In this document: positions 1 to 13,089 of the stretch, piece by piece
Position numbering within the stretch: the stretch's first letter is position 1
Layout of the letters: each line of letters opens with the position of its first letter
Assembly: GCF_006345805.1 (NCBI RefSeq)
Contig: NC_043018.1
Span: 28,954,001 to 29,018,000, forward strand
Length of the DNA stretch: 64,000 nucleotides
Reading direction: 5' to 3'
DNA from: Octopus sinensis
Lineage: Eukaryota
Translations under genes and position numbers: made by a program
The notes under the pieces: generated by a model
Databases searched by the model: none
What the model was told of the DNA's origin: nothing
Seen by the model: only the letters and a program-made list of their open reading frames with translations

Positions 1-193
<193 letters not shown>

Positions 194-427
194 ATAGAAG
201 CCATCTTATCATGGCTAACCACATTGGGGAGGGGGTTGTTACTGTAGCTTTATAGCCCCAAGAGATCTTCGTCTCTAGCTGGCTCTAAACACGATATCTG
301 TGTCTTTGGAGTATTTGCAAAGGGAGGCCATCCCTTCCTCGCAAGCCTGAGTGATACGCATATATATATATATACGCTGGCAAAATAGCGATGCAAGCGT
401 TTTGGGGTGAATAGAATTGCTTCGATC

Positions 428-538
428 TTTATAAGGTCGAAGCAAATAAGGACGAAACCCTTCATCAGCTGCCCAAACATAGGTAATTTTCGCAATTTCC
501 GTGCTTAGGACAGTACTGCACATGCTTAGCTGTAGCAA
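428..538 (-). pseudogene. Possible PIF/Harbinger transposase fragment
   Basis: ORF 275..538 contains KITYVWAADEGFRPYLLRPYK, resembling the Harbinger DDE motif (P)YVFVADEAFPLKPYLMRPY. Short and isolated, no TIRs seen. Confidence 0.4.
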
Positions 539-1049
539 TTCCTAAGGTAGCTAAGTAAGACCGAGGTATAAAAGAACCGAGAAAATATGGTCAAACAGAC
601 AGATAACAAAGACGAGATAAACAAGGCTTGAAAAATATACATAAATATTTAAGTATAACAGACAGTAATAGAAACAAGAGAAAGATACGCTAAACATTAA
701 TGTAAAGCATTAGCAGTTTGAACAATAGAAAGGAGAATAAGAGAGTAAAAAATAGAGGAAGTACTTTAGTATTTTGCAGCTGAAACTATGTAAGATCATA
801 AATCAATATGTGTGTGTCTGACGCGAGAAGAAAAATGAGAAAAGAAAAAACATTTTCACGTTAGTTTGAACAGGAAACAAAGTATAGGTGAAAACGTTAA
901 ATGAAAAATGAATGTAAAATCGGAAATAGAAAGAAAACTGGCGTTGGGAAAGGAAAGGGATGCTTCGTGGTAAAAGCGCATTCTTTGCATAGCTGTATTG
1001 CATCTCAAAGGCTAACTCGAAAATTTTAAGATTTTAAATACAGCTGAAA

Positions 1050-1720
1050 ATCTACAAGGCTTTAGTGAGTCTGACATAGAAAGACTGTTCCGATGTCTAG
1101 GATGGTGTTGATACTATGCACTCAGAAATCCTGGACCACATCGAGAAATGGTGATTTGATTCCATTCCGACCAAAAAAGCGAACTATGCCTGCTGTCTAT
1201 ACTTCTAGCTCCAAATCCTAAAACAGATCTCGTAAAAGATTTGCTTCTTTCCGTCTCTTACCTTGTAAAATCTAATGCTGGGAAAAAAGCTAATAGAATT
1301 GATTGAAAATCACTTTCCATAATCCTTTATTATATGTCCATATTTAATAATTCATGTATGGAAGTAACATATAGCAATCCTGTGACTTTTAAAACTATTG
1401 TAGCCAGTAAACCTAGAAGTTGTTTTGTTGAGAAGTGCAATTGCAAAATCACAGAAGCTCCATAAACAACAATATACTAATGGAAACGAAAAATATACCG
1501 GAATGACGAACGGAGGATTAAAATAAATAATAAAATCTCATGTTAGACAAAAACACGGAGATAAAGAAAAATATCATGCATTGCTTTATTGTAGTACCTC
1601 TACCGTCTGATAGAGCATAACAAAGACTACTCAATTCAGTAAATAGATTCTTAGAAGGAAATGCTGGCCATATATGAATGAAAGAGGAATGCTCTTTAGG
1701 TATTGTGGAGAAGACTCATA
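1050..1720 (+). mobile_element. Highly degenerate Penelope-like element remnant (thumb/linker to GIY-YIG)
   Basis: Manual translation across stops and frameshifts gives GKKLIELIENHFP, IFNNSCMEVTYSNPVTFKTIVAS, KCNCK and KYTGMT, in the order of the PLE motifs KHFP...IFN...VSYSC, CNC and YIG. Confidence 0.55.
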
Positions 1721-1784
1721 TACTCCAATCTACAAAACTTCTAAAGTATACTTGTATAAAACTCGGAATGTCTTGGTCTCTTGC

Positions 1785-2148
1785 GGCAGCGCCTTGACGG
1801 GTTTTAGTCAAACAAATTGACCCCAAGACATATTTTTTGAAAGTTTAGTACTTATTTTCTCGGTCTGTTTTGTCGAACCGCGAAGTTACGGGAGCGTACG
1901 CTCACCAACACTAGCTGTGAAGCAGTGATGACAGGGACAAACACAGACACAAAAATACACATACATACATATCTGCACACACACATATAAGGCGGGCTTC
2001 TTTCAGTTTCCGTCGACCAAATCTACTCACAAGTCTTTGCTTGGCCCGAGGCTATAGCAGAAGAGACTCGCCCAAAATGCTATGCAGTGGGACTAAACCC
2101 GGAACCATGTGGTTGGGAAGCAAGTTTCTTACCACACAGCCACGCATG
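1785..2148 (-). mobile_element. SINE family B (tRNA-like head gtggctgtgtggtaag...ggttcagtccc), diverged copy
   Basis: Colinear with the copies at 3875-4280, 36175-36585 and 52232-52660. Confidence 0.8.
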
Positions 2149-2754
2149 CACCTTTTTATTGAAGTCATGGCATCCAAAAAGCTTCCTGACTATCATAAAT
2201 CCTCCTCATAAAGGACCTTAACTATTATTTCCAATCTACTATACATCATTTTATAACTTGCTATTATTATTTTGTGTTTATCTTTATTTATACTTTTTAA
2301 ATTTTTAACAATATTATCGCTAAAATTGTTTTCACTTTCAGTTTGCATTTCACACGTTAATTATATCTACGCAAGTGTAGCTGCGATTTAAAAACAAAAA
2401 TACACAAGTCACTTCCTTTGTTGGATTGTGTGCGATTAATGCAACAAATTTTAAAGATGGCGACGAGTATATACACTAAGGCTAACAAATGCTATTTGAA
2501 TTATTCACTACAATGAAACCGAACGCTGATGGCAGAATAAACAAACTATTATTCTATTATACTGCTTAACACAAATATCCACTCTAAGCAACAATACTGA
2601 ATTTCCGTATGTGTGTGTGTGTGTGTGTGTGTATATGTGGAATTTCTACGCTTATTTTCAAAAATGCAAAATGTTTAGAAGCTTATAGAAGACCATGAAA
2701 TATAGTTTATACAAATGTATACAGAAACACACTTTTCTACACCAGGTCCCCTAG

Positions 2755-2899
2755 TACGTAACTGGTACTCAATTTATCGACCCCGAAAGGATGAAAGGCA
2801 AGGTCGACTTCGGCGAGATTTGAAGCCAGAAAGTAAAGACAGACGAAATACTGCTAAGTATTTCGCCCGGCGTGCTAACGTTTCTGCCAGCTCACCGCC
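2755..2899 (-). mobile_element. SINE family A (ggcggcgagctggcagaa...gttcaaattcc), 5' part
   Basis: Reverse complement of the 3492-3716 copy. Confidence 0.8.
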
Positions 2900-2932
2900 T
2901 TACACAGAAACATATACTGACGCATATATATA

Positions 2933-3327
2933 TCTTTATATATAAAAGTAAGGTTGTGTGCTATCTGTCTCCTACGATTTAGATTCCTAACTACTCCCAC
3001 ATTTTACGGTGCAGTTTAACCAAAACCGGGTATCTTATAGTCGTGATTCATATCGAGCCCTTCAGGGTATTAGCGCGCGTCTACGATGAGTCTACGATAA
3101 AAAAAAAAAATTACCATAAATTTTTCCCATTTTTAATGCATTTTTGGCATATATAAGGGAAGTAACTCTCTAAAAAATTATTATTAAATCTCAGAACGTA
3201 AAAAGCTACGGTAAATCCCCTCTTTGTGGTTAGCCATATTGAGATGGCTATTATACTTTACATCTCTAAAAATGCTTATATAGTTATTTCTCTTACAAAC
3301 CCGAGCAACGCCGGGCGATACTGCTAG
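2933..3327 (+). mobile_element. Non-autonomous Helitron
   Basis: 5' TC (a|tctttatatataaaag), 3' hairpin cccgagcaacgccggg then CTAG|t, inserted at an A/T site; three more copies in the window. Confidence 0.85.
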
Positions 3328-3491
3328 TATATATATATATATATATGCAAACATATTCATACAGAAGATCTTAACATTCGAAAGATTATTTCAAGTAGTC
3401 ATCGTCTTATACACTAAGATCACTCTTCAATGATACTCTAAACAAACGTAGTGAAAAATAAGGAGAGGGAGTGAGATAACTATAGACACAG

Positions 3492-3716
3492 GGCGGCGAG
3501 CTGGCAGAGTGGTTAGCACGCCGGGCGAAATGCGTAGCCGTATTTCGTCTGCCGTTATGTTCTGAGTTCAAATTCCGCCGAGGTCGACTTTGCCTTTCAT
3601 CCTTTCGGGGTCGATAAATTAAGTACCAGTTACGCACTGGGTCGATGTAATTGACTTAATCCGTTTGTCCTTGTTGGTCCCCTCTGTGTTTGGCCCCTTG
3701 TGGGTAGTAAAGAAAT
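3492..3716 (+). mobile_element. SINE family A, near full length
   Basis: Pol III A-box-like gagctggcagagtggttag and B-box-like gttcaaattcc; repeated many times in the window. Confidence 0.88.
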
Positions 3717-3874
3717 ATATAGATACAGTGACGTCAGACAAATTGCTATATTCCATATTGTCCCTTCTCCCTTTTCTTCTCCGTATCATTTTTACCCATG
3801 CCTGCTCATTCTCTTATATGCTTACATTAACGTCCCGCTGAAATTCATCTCCTTACTTCTTAGAATCCTACTCT

Positions 3875-4280
3875 CTTACTCTTTTACTCTTTTACTTGTT
3901 TCAGTCATTTGACTGCGGCCATGCTGGAGCACCGGCTTTAGTCGAGCAAATCGACCCCGAGACTTATTCTTTGTGAGCCCAGTACTTATTTTATCGGTCT
4001 CGTTTGCCGAACCGCTAAGTAACGGGGACGTAAACACACCAGCATCGGTTGTCAAGCAATGCTAGGGGGACAAACACAGACACACAAACACACATATATA
4101 TATATACACATATATACGACAGGCTTCTTTCAGTTTCCATCTACCAAATCCACTCACAAGGCACTGGTCGGCCCGGGGCTGTAGTAGAAGACACTTGCCC
4201 AAGATGCCACGCAGTGGGACTGAACCCGGAACCATGTGGCTGGTTAGCAAGCTACTTACCACACAGCCACTCCTGCGCCT
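3875..4280 (-). mobile_element. SINE family B, full length
   Basis: tRNA-like head, internal (TA/TG) tract, tail ...gactgaaacaagtaaaagagtaaaagag. Confidence 0.88.
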
Positions 4281-4695
4281 ATATACTCCTGTATACTTTT
4301 TCTTTTTCTGCCCCTCAGACTTTTCCCCCATTGAGACTCCGATTTAACTCATTCTGTTTCAATTCTTCTCATTTACGCTTCAACATAAACTTCACTACCA
4401 TTATCACCACTTCTGCTTCCATCACTCAATTTACCGTTTAGCGCAATCATTTCATGTTTTCTCTATTACTTTCTTATTACCATTTATTACTACCACTTCC
4501 TTTTCCTCTCCCCGTCACTATATATTACTACTACTACTACTACTACCGCTTCGTCTCCCTGTCAGCAGCAACACCATCACCGGCCTCACGACTTTATTTG
4601 AGTTACGTCCCTTAGCGTGATGCAAAGGTTAGGCAACAACTTATTGTATGAATATGCTTGTGTATATGCCTGTATGTGTGTATATGTGTGTATGA

Positions 4696-4741
<46 letters not shown>

Positions 4742-4777
4742 GCATAAGTTCATATATATATATATAGGTATAAGTTC

Positions 4778-4822
<45 letters not shown>

Positions 4823-6249
4823 GGGTATGCGTATAAGAAAGACTAACTACTGAAGGGTATATTTTGCATTGTTAAGTCTCCACTTAACTTTTCATTGTTT
4901 ATTTTCGTATTTCGCTGGGAATTGTCTGAAATAAAAAGAAAATTAAATAAAGGTGGAAATATAGTAAATTATTTCAGGTTTTAAGTTTTTCGTATGTATA
5001 TATATATATATATATACATCCTAATGTATGCATGCATGTATATATGTGCGTGTATGTATACTCATATATACATATGTATTTATATATGGATATTTACATA
5101 TATATATATATATATATATAATATATATATATATAAATGTGTATGTATTTATATATATATAAATGTATATACATATATATCATATGTGAGAGAGAGAGAG
5201 AGGTGGGAGATGAACAGAAAGTTAAAAGTTGTGTAGATTGAATAAAATATTTTTTTATTAATTGTCGTTTACTTTCTAACTTTCCGATTACAAAATATAG
5301 TTTCCAAACTCAAAATCGTATTAAAAAGAAAAGCAACAACCTTCGGTGCAGCCCGGAGGGTGACCTCTGAAAAAAACTTCCAAACTAAAACATTATTAGC
5401 AGTATATTGTCACACATATTGCCAATCGAGTTTGCATTTTTCAGAGTTCTTGCCAACCACCACTAGCTTGGTTTCTTGAACTGAACAGCGTTTTGTTGTC
5501 TCTACTGTTTACCTTTCCTTATTACAATATTTCTAGATGCCACATAAAACATTCTAACTAGATTTTATATGAAGGAAGATCAACTGAAGCAATATTTTAA
5601 TTCTGTTTTCACTTGCTTGAAAAATAAAAACGAGATTATCAAACTAACGGAGGATTGGCGAGAAAGTTGTAGAATAGCGTCTCGTCTGATTAGATTGGGA
5701 AACTGCAGCAACTAACATTAAAGATTTTAAAATTTTTCGGCAGAGAATTTTTTCTGAATTTTATTCGAAAGGAATTTTTATAGTTAAAAATGTCAGAGAA
5801 GAACTAGGAAGAAAAATGAATAAAACTACGTTTTATGTTCTTTGCATGGTTTTTGCTATCTGCATAGAATTTCTAATTCGATGCTTCATGATATACCATA
5901 TCACAACATATAGTATGTCCCTAAAATGTTTACACATTTTAGCAGCTGATAACGAATTTAGTTTCCATTTCACTTTAGATTTAACTCATTAGAAATCAGG
6001 AAGGGTGCTAGAAGAAGCGTTGAACAAAGGAAATTTCACTATCTTTTCGTGATGGTGATTTCAAATAATTATTTAATGAGGAATTTTCTCTTCCCAATTT
6101 TCCAAGCACATGTTGTGGAAGCCCTCTTAGTTCTCTCATAGGATGGAATCAACATCTTCTTTCATCTTTCATCATTTACTTGTTTCAATTACTGGCCCAT
6201 GAGCATGCTGGAAATTTGAAACACAGTTAAAGCGCAAAGACAGTTTAGG

Positions 6250-7110
6250 AGAAAGCTTCAAACAATTCCTTGTATGCAACTTACCACACCTCAAATTAGA
6301 CATTTTGAAGCAGATTGAACACTTCAGAATGTCCACCACAAACATTCCGTAAGACTGCGGACATCGATGACTCCCACAAATCTAATAGCAGAGTAGAAAT
6401 CTATTGAAATACGTCGAAGAATTTCTGAGGGTCAGGTGACTCGTAAGACAGGAATTACAAAATCACTACCATCATTAGAAAACTTAACTCCCAAGGATAC
6501 TTCACGTTCTCACTGAAGATAATTTAGACGGAAGTGTAGAGATTTCCGAGTGGTACTTGGTAAGATATTAAGATAAATACTTCCCCAAAAATGGCTGTTT
6601 GGAGTGACGAGGCTACATTTAATTTAAATGGCTCAATTAACTCCCACAATTGCAACCACTGCACGTCTGAGAATCCGCATATCACGTATGCATATCATGA
6701 ATATTTACTAGATGTTACCGTAGGCTAGCGCTTATAATTAAATGGATTAAGTGGATTTTCTTTCTTGGCGGTAATCTAAACTGATTCCATTTGCTTGAAC
6801 TTGCTCGAAAAATTTGTCAAGAGGATGTTGAAGATATGGAGCTTTATATCCAGCAAAATGGACTACCTTGTTGAGATTTTGTCAAGCAGATGTAGTGATA
6901 GAAGAGGCTTGGTAGAGTTCATTCCCCGTCGAGTGCAATTCGCACCACTACACATAATTTCATAAAGATAATTAAGCGATAAAATTCACGATACAGAATC
7001 AGCATCAATCGATAAAATTGAGGTCAGATGCTGAATGACAAAATGTACTTGAAATCTATTGAAAAGAGTTCAAGAACAGCTGAGCGGCAGGTGAATGAGA
7101 ATATGCACAA
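6250..7110 (+). mobile_element. Degenerate Tc1/mariner-superfamily transposase (Tc3-like type)
   Basis: Manual translation gives WSDEATFNLNGSINSHNC...SENPH, YIQQNG and RRGLVEFIPRRVQFAPL, matching WSDEAxFHLNGxVNxxNCxxW-xENP, FQQDG and GRxGxxxWPPRSPDLTPL. Confidence 0.65.
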
Positions 7111-7313
7111 GTACCGAACGAAATGTTTCTTGATGTTTGCGATTCTATTGCTTTGCGCTATCAGCGGTTTCTGGAGCAGAATGGTTATCCGTTTAGAAAC
7201 AGGTGTACATAAAAAAACAATAAATTCTGTCATTAGATACTTTTAAATTTTGAAAATACAATGCTTTTTAATAAATACTGATATTGTGACACACTTGGGG
7301 GCACTCTGCATAT

Positions 7314-7378
<65 letters not shown>

Positions 7379-7466
7379 TATAGGCCCACAGCTTTCATAT
7401 ATATATATATATATATATAAAATATTATTAAAATATTATTAAAATATTATATATTATATATATATA

Positions 7467-7700
7467 TAGGCCCACAGCTCTTCAATATCCTCCCGAAGAA
7501 CCTGAGGGATCTGCATGGGGTGGATGCGGATGTCTTTAAAGTAGGACTGGATCTCTTCCTGTCAGGTGTCCCGGATGAACCAACTTCACGGCAGGAGGTG
7601 CAGATGAGGGCAGCTGCATCGAACTCTCTCATGCACCAAATGGCGGTGCCCCAGCATGGCCACAGCTCGTGAGCTGAAACTAGATAAAATAAAAATGAGG
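7467..7700 (+). mobile_element. CR1-like LINE 3' end (5'-truncated)
   Basis: Frame reads GPQLFNILPKNLRDLHGVDADVFKVGLDLFLSGVPDEPTSRQEVQMRAAASNSLMHQM, a typical CR1/L2 ORF2 C-terminus, followed by a short UTR and A-rich tail. Confidence 0.75.
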
Positions 7701-8247
7701 AATAAAAATAAATAAATAGTGCCCGTCTGTTTACAATCCTTTAGGATTTCCCTCTTAGCGTTACCAATACTTCGTCTTCATCAAGCCCTAAGGCTTAATT
7801 CTGCTGATTTATTTATTTATTTTTGTATCGGTCCACTAACGGTCTCGTCTTGAATTACGCTTATTGATTTTCGTATATCCATTTATTTTATTGCCTGTTT
7901 TTTCATATATATATTTACATATACATGTTTATATATATATGTCGGGTGTGTGCATGTATATGTATGTGTGTATGCATGTGTGTATGCATTTATGTAAGTA
8001 TGCATGTATGTGTGCATGTAAAGTATCATGCTCAAGATATGTCAAAATATACATATTACACCCGGCCAAAACTGCAAAGACGATCTGGAACTCGACTGAG
8101 GATAGGAAGCTCCGAATGACCTGTCCTTGCTTTTCCCTGTCCTTTTTTGCATCGTCTAAGTGTCCGGATATTTTCTTGTCGCCCGTTACGTTCTTGTTCG
8201 ATTTTTTGTTTTCTATATGCATACACATGTATATATATATATATATT

Positions 8248-8295
<48 letters not shown>

Positions 8296-8471
8296 GGTGT
8301 GTGTGTGTGTGTGAGTGTGTGAGTGTGCGTGTGTATATATATGTATATATACATAATGATAATGATAAGTAACAACAAATGAATGAGACCTCGATATTAG
8401 ATAAATAGAGGATATTTATATAAGTTATAATTAGAATAAACAGTAATAAGTTGTCATTATAGTGGAATGGT

Positions 8472-8850
8472 AGCACTCCGTCGGTTACGACGACGAAGGT
8501 TCCGGTTGATCCGATCAACGGAACAGCCTGCTCATGAAATCAACGTGTAAGTGGCTGAGCACTCCACAGACACGTGTACCCTTGACGTAGTTCTCGGGGA
8601 TATTCAGCGTGACACAGAAAGTGACAAGGCCGGCCCTTTGAAATACAGGTACAACAGAAACAGGAAGTAAGAGTGAGAGAAAGTTGTGGTGAAAGAGTAC
8701 AGCAGGGATCACCACCATCCCTGCCGGAGCCTCGTGGAGCTTTAGGTGTTTTCGCTCAATAAACACTCACAACGCCCGGTCTGGGAATCGAAACCACGAT
8801 CCTACGACCGCGAGTCCGCTGCCTTAACCACTGGGCCATTGCGCCTCCAC
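8472..8850 (-). mobile_element. SINE family C (gtggaggcgcaatggcccagtggttaaggcagcggactcg...gtttcgattccc)
   Basis: Clear tRNA-like head with A and B boxes; near-identical copy at 16337-16702. Confidence 0.9.
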
Positions 8851-9069
8851 TTGTCATTCTAGTAATATCGCTTGGGGCCGAGACGACAAAGCCAGTGATA
8901 TCTTACACTAAATAAAGTGAGTGCTATGAGTACATTACTCTTTATCTCTGTATCAGGCTTAATATATATATTTTGATATTTCTAAAGGATGAAATTATAT
9001 ATGCACACATACATATATATATATGCATACATACATATACACGTCATATATATATATGACCATATCTCA

Positions 9070-9530
9070 TCCCAGTAAATGACCGCAACATCTTGTCCTG
9101 GCTACACGCTGGTGGGAAGGGGTTGGTGACACAAACTTTCATTCACATTTTGAATTTGGTGATACTGGTAACGGTTTTAGCTCGCTCTGATACTGAGTTG
9201 AGATGATGCCTTCTAGTATCTCGAAATTTAATATACAATTATTCATAATTGTAGTGTCCTACGCTGATGAGAAAAGAAGTTGGGTAAGTCATAATTATCT
9301 AATTCTTATGCTTTCCTAAAACTTAATTTCGAAACGTACGTCCGTAGGTGACTTAAAATTGTATGATAGATTGCCATCATTTCCTTCTCTCTTGCCTGTC
9401 TGTGTTTGCCTTTCAAGTGCTGCGGTTTTACTGAGATCTCCCTTTTAGTAGAAAGAATAGCTATAACTCTTTGACTGCTATTTCTAAATTCGGTGTGTGG
9501 TGAGGCAAATCGTTGCTAAACCCTTAATTA
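9070..9530 (+). mobile_element. Non-coding hammerhead-bearing repeat monomer, related to the 31971-33737 tandem unit
   Basis: Shares blocks cacgctggtgg(g/a)aagggg, ttttgaattt, the HHR and gctatttcta..ttcggt in the same order as the minus strand of the tandem unit. Confidence 0.65.
9258..9348 (+). ncRNA. Type I minimal hammerhead ribozyme
   Basis: Stem I cctacg/cgtagg; CTGATGA at 9264-9270; long stem II gaaa..aagtt/aactt..tttc; GAAAC-GTAC-GTC with palindromic stem III and a GUC cleavage triplet. Confidence 0.85.
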
Positions 9531-9535
9531 CTTAG

Positions 9536-9594
<59 letters not shown>

Positions 9595-9713
9595 AATAAT
9601 AATAATAATAATAATAATAAGGATAAAATTAATTAGCTAATTAATAATTAATAATTCCACCAAGTAGTGATTCGGTATGTAAAAGACCGTTATCGGTAAA
9701 TTTAAACAATATT

Positions 9714-9859
9714 TATTATAATAACGGTTAGGCAAAAGAATTTGCTTCACCACACACCGAACTTTAGAAATAGCAGCCAAAAAAAGAAAATTTTGTTTTT
9801 TTTTGCTGCTAATTCTAAAGTTCGGTGGGTGGTGAAGCAAATTCTTTTGCCTAACCGTT

Positions 9860-9868
<9 letters not shown>
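9714..9868. repeat. Near-perfect palindrome (64-bp arms, 2 mismatches)
   Basis: 9714-9777 is the reverse complement of 9805-9868; the sequence belongs to the same family as the 9070-9530 tail. Confidence 0.9.
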
Positions 9869-9924
<56 letters not shown>

Positions 9925-10131
9925 CATATAATCACGTGAGCGTTCAGACTGTCGTATAATTCTTATACATTGCTGATCACAACGTGCTTTGCATCGGTTG
10001 AGTCATTCTTTTGCTTCTGCTAAATATTAATAAAAATATACTTTTACTCATATTTTGAGTTGTATATTTCCCGATTCTATCATCGTACCTATACATACAT
10101 ACATACATACATACATGCATACATAAATGCA

Positions 10132-10180
<49 letters not shown>

Positions 10181-10499
10181 CACCTGTGATGTACAAATTT
10201 TCATTTAATTTATACCTCTCATGACGGATGTAATATCGTGCGTATCTATGGATTTGCCCAAAGACAGAAATCCTAGGTTTTTCTAAGAAAGAGCAAAACA
10301 AAAAAAGTTAACGCACAGCCTTAAAATGCAGTTTATTAGCAGACATCGAATATAGATTCTCCATCTGAGATTTTTGAAATGAGTTTATGCACTCACTTGG
10401 TTCGGTGCATCTACAAAACTCGTATGTAAAAAGTAATGAAGCACTCGCTCACTCACTCACAAATACCTAAGCTCTAAAAGTTCACACATAGCATAAAAA

Positions 10500-11296
10500 T
10501 CATTTGTATATAGCTACAGATTTACACAAAAAACCAAAACTTTCAGATAGGGACCGTTGGATTTTACGCGAATTATTAGAATGGATCACAGAATTACAGC
10601 TCCCAAAATTACTGCAGAGTTTAATGACCACCTCGAGAACCCAGTTTCCACAAAACTCTTCGCCAGGAGCTGCACAAAGCCGGATTTCACAGGAGGGCTG
10701 CAATCCGGATACCACTACTTTCAAATATAAACGTTGCAAAGCATTTAGAGTGGAGTAAAAACCTACAGAATTGGTTCCCAGAGCAATGGAGGAATGTTAT
10801 TTTCACGGACGAGTCATCCATTACCTTATTTCCGACCAGTGGCCGAGTATACATGTGGAGACAGCCAAAAGAAGCATTTGACCCAGACGGCCTTCTTCCA
10901 AATGTTAAACATGGAGGAGTATCTGTGATGATCTGGGCGGGGGGGGGGCTATGAGTAGGAAATTCTCCGGCCCAATGGTTTCCCTTCATGGCAGAATTAA
11001 TAATCATGACTAAGCATTTTATCTGATCAAATTCATCCTTTGGTTGCGGAAATGTTTCCGGAGGGAAACGCAATATTTTAGAAAAACAAGTACGGAGTCG
11101 ATATCTTCCACCAAGAACTGAAGACAATTTTAGCTGAAGAATGGTCAAACTTTCCTTTGGAAACAATTCAAAGACTGTACGAGTCCATACCTCGTAGAAT
11201 TCAAGTGGTAATTACTGCGAAAGTCAGTCCTATCCCATATTAAGATAAAATTTGTTTGAAATTTTAAGGTATTTCTGATATTTTGTCCAACTCCTG
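10500..11296 (+). mobile_element. Tc1-like transposon remnant with right TIR
   Basis: Frames read WRNVIFTDESSITLFPTSGRVYMWRQPKEAFDPDGLLPNVKHGGVSVMIW; ends ...ttttgtccaactcctg|TA. Confidence 0.85.
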
Positions 11297-11306
11297 TATA
11301 CATACA

Positions 11307-11414
<108 letters not shown>

Positions 11415-11415
11415 T

Positions 11416-11600
11416 ATATATATATTATATATATATTGGATTGTCCGGAAAGTTCGTCCCGATTTATCGTAGCTTACCATTCGACTTATTTTAGCACATG
11501 CTTGAGTGCATAAAATAGGATTTGACTACACCTCCATTTAGAGCACAGTTTAAGCTATCTTTTCGTGGAAGAAAGTTTATGTTCCTATAATCTATTATGT
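11416..11600 (+). mobile_element. mariner-type terminal fragment
   Basis: TA|ttggattgtccggaaagttcgtcccgattt resembles a mariner TIR; no ORF and no second TIR. Confidence 0.5.
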
Positions 11601-11635
11601 GTATTTATTCATTTATTTATTTATTTATATTACCT

Positions 11636-12013
11636 CAACGTCCAAACTTCCTCATTCTACATTGAGTGAAAGACGGGATGGACGCTTCGTTTTTGTGCTG
11701 GTGCCCCACTATGTCGTACGCGACTGAGAGGATTTGCATCCCCAACGTAGAATTTATGATGTAATACATGTCCTTGAAGTAGTATTTGTGCGTGGCTGAA
11801 GAAGGCCATAGACACACATTAAACATTGTTATAAATCCGTCTAATAAAGGCCCGAAACATATGTACCGCCGAATTCTTGGCATCATGTTTTTATTTTGAT
11901 TAATTTACTCTACCACCTACACCACCAAATGGTATATACAGATCCTTACAATTATCAAGTACTCACCCTGAATTTTTGTACCCAACTCACCTACGTTGTC
12001 ACCTGGATTGGAT

Positions 12014-12015
<2 letters not shown>
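11636..12015 (+). mobile_element. PLE pseudo-LTR-like non-coding repeat
   Basis: Contains an HHR; its tail (attaatttactct...acctgg..gatcc|TA-run) resembles the tail after the 56291 HHR. Confidence 0.55.
11792..11869 (+). ncRNA. Type I minimal hammerhead ribozyme
   Basis: Stem I gtgg/ccgc; CTGAAGA at 11796-11802; stem II ggcc..tagac/gtcta..ggcc with an A.C mismatch at its base; GAAAC-ATAT-GTA with palindromic stem III. Confidence 0.72.
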
Positions 12016-12106
<91 letters not shown>

Positions 12107-13089
12107 TATATATGTATTGACAATTCTATGAACTTCACTTGACATCAATTATTTGCTGGTTAGAACTTGCAAAATGGTATCAGAATTTAATTCGTTAATC
12201 AACTTATCCATTAAATCTTTTTTTTTCTTTCATGAAGTATAAAATATATTGTAATAGTTCCTTGTGTTTTTTCATTTTTTATAATTGAATGTCTTGGAAT
12301 TCGATATTTAGGAATCTTGGTTGTTTTGTTTCTACATTGATTTGAGAATACATTATTTAGAACATTTAGCGTTGTTGTGTTCCAATCAATAATTCTGCCT
12401 GGGGTATATACTTCATAATAATTAAGACTTGTTAAGAAAACAACAAACATTTTCATTCCGATATATTAAGATTTTGTAAATCTTGTATCGCACTTTAGAT
12501 CTTGTACAAATTGTGCTTATTAATAAAACGTTACCTTAATAGATGCAGACATGGCAGCTACGTAGATTCGGGTGCAGAATCAAGTGTGCGGCATCTTCGG
12601 CGAGTCTCTTCTAATATAGCTCCTGTCTGATCAATGACGTTTGAGTGAATTCGGTTGATGGAAAGTGCGTCGAAAGTTGTCATTCACAAATTCACATACA
12701 CACACACATACACACACACAAACACCTTGAGTCAATCCGTTACTTCTTCCAAACATTGATGATATAAATGTGTGCATTTATGTATGTATGTACATATGTA
12801 TGTGTATATATGTAAATTATATGCATATATATATCACCGTGACCGACCAGGCTATCAGATGTTGCTACAAGATTTACTTGTTTCCAGGGTTGCATTAATT
12901 CTTGGCTGGGCAGGTTTTCAGAAAACTGGAAACGAAGAAACAATATTTTATGAAGGTTAAGCTTGTTTACAACTATGATGCAATTGCAAGACAAGACCAC
13001 CACCACCACCACATACACTCAGTGGGCTTCCACACAGTTTCCATCTAGGAAATCCACTCTCAAGTCTTTGATTAGCCTGGGGCTGAAGA

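Noticed and set aside
405-475. CTGATGA on the minus strand as a hammerhead core
   Set aside because: No GAAA follows the putative stem II and no stem I partner is present; the Harbinger-like peptide reading fits better.
8075-8135. CTGAGGA...GAAT motif in the repeat also present near 43920-43970
   Set aside because: GAAT instead of GAAA, and no NUH or stem I geometry.
8790-8850. tRNA gene
   Set aside because: It is the tRNA-derived head of SINE family C, continuing into SINE body in every copy.
11635-11886. Possible Helitron Rep-like peptide (FIRRIYNN...) on the minus strand
   Set aside because: Weak match with stops; the plus strand folds into a hammerhead, which explains the region better.
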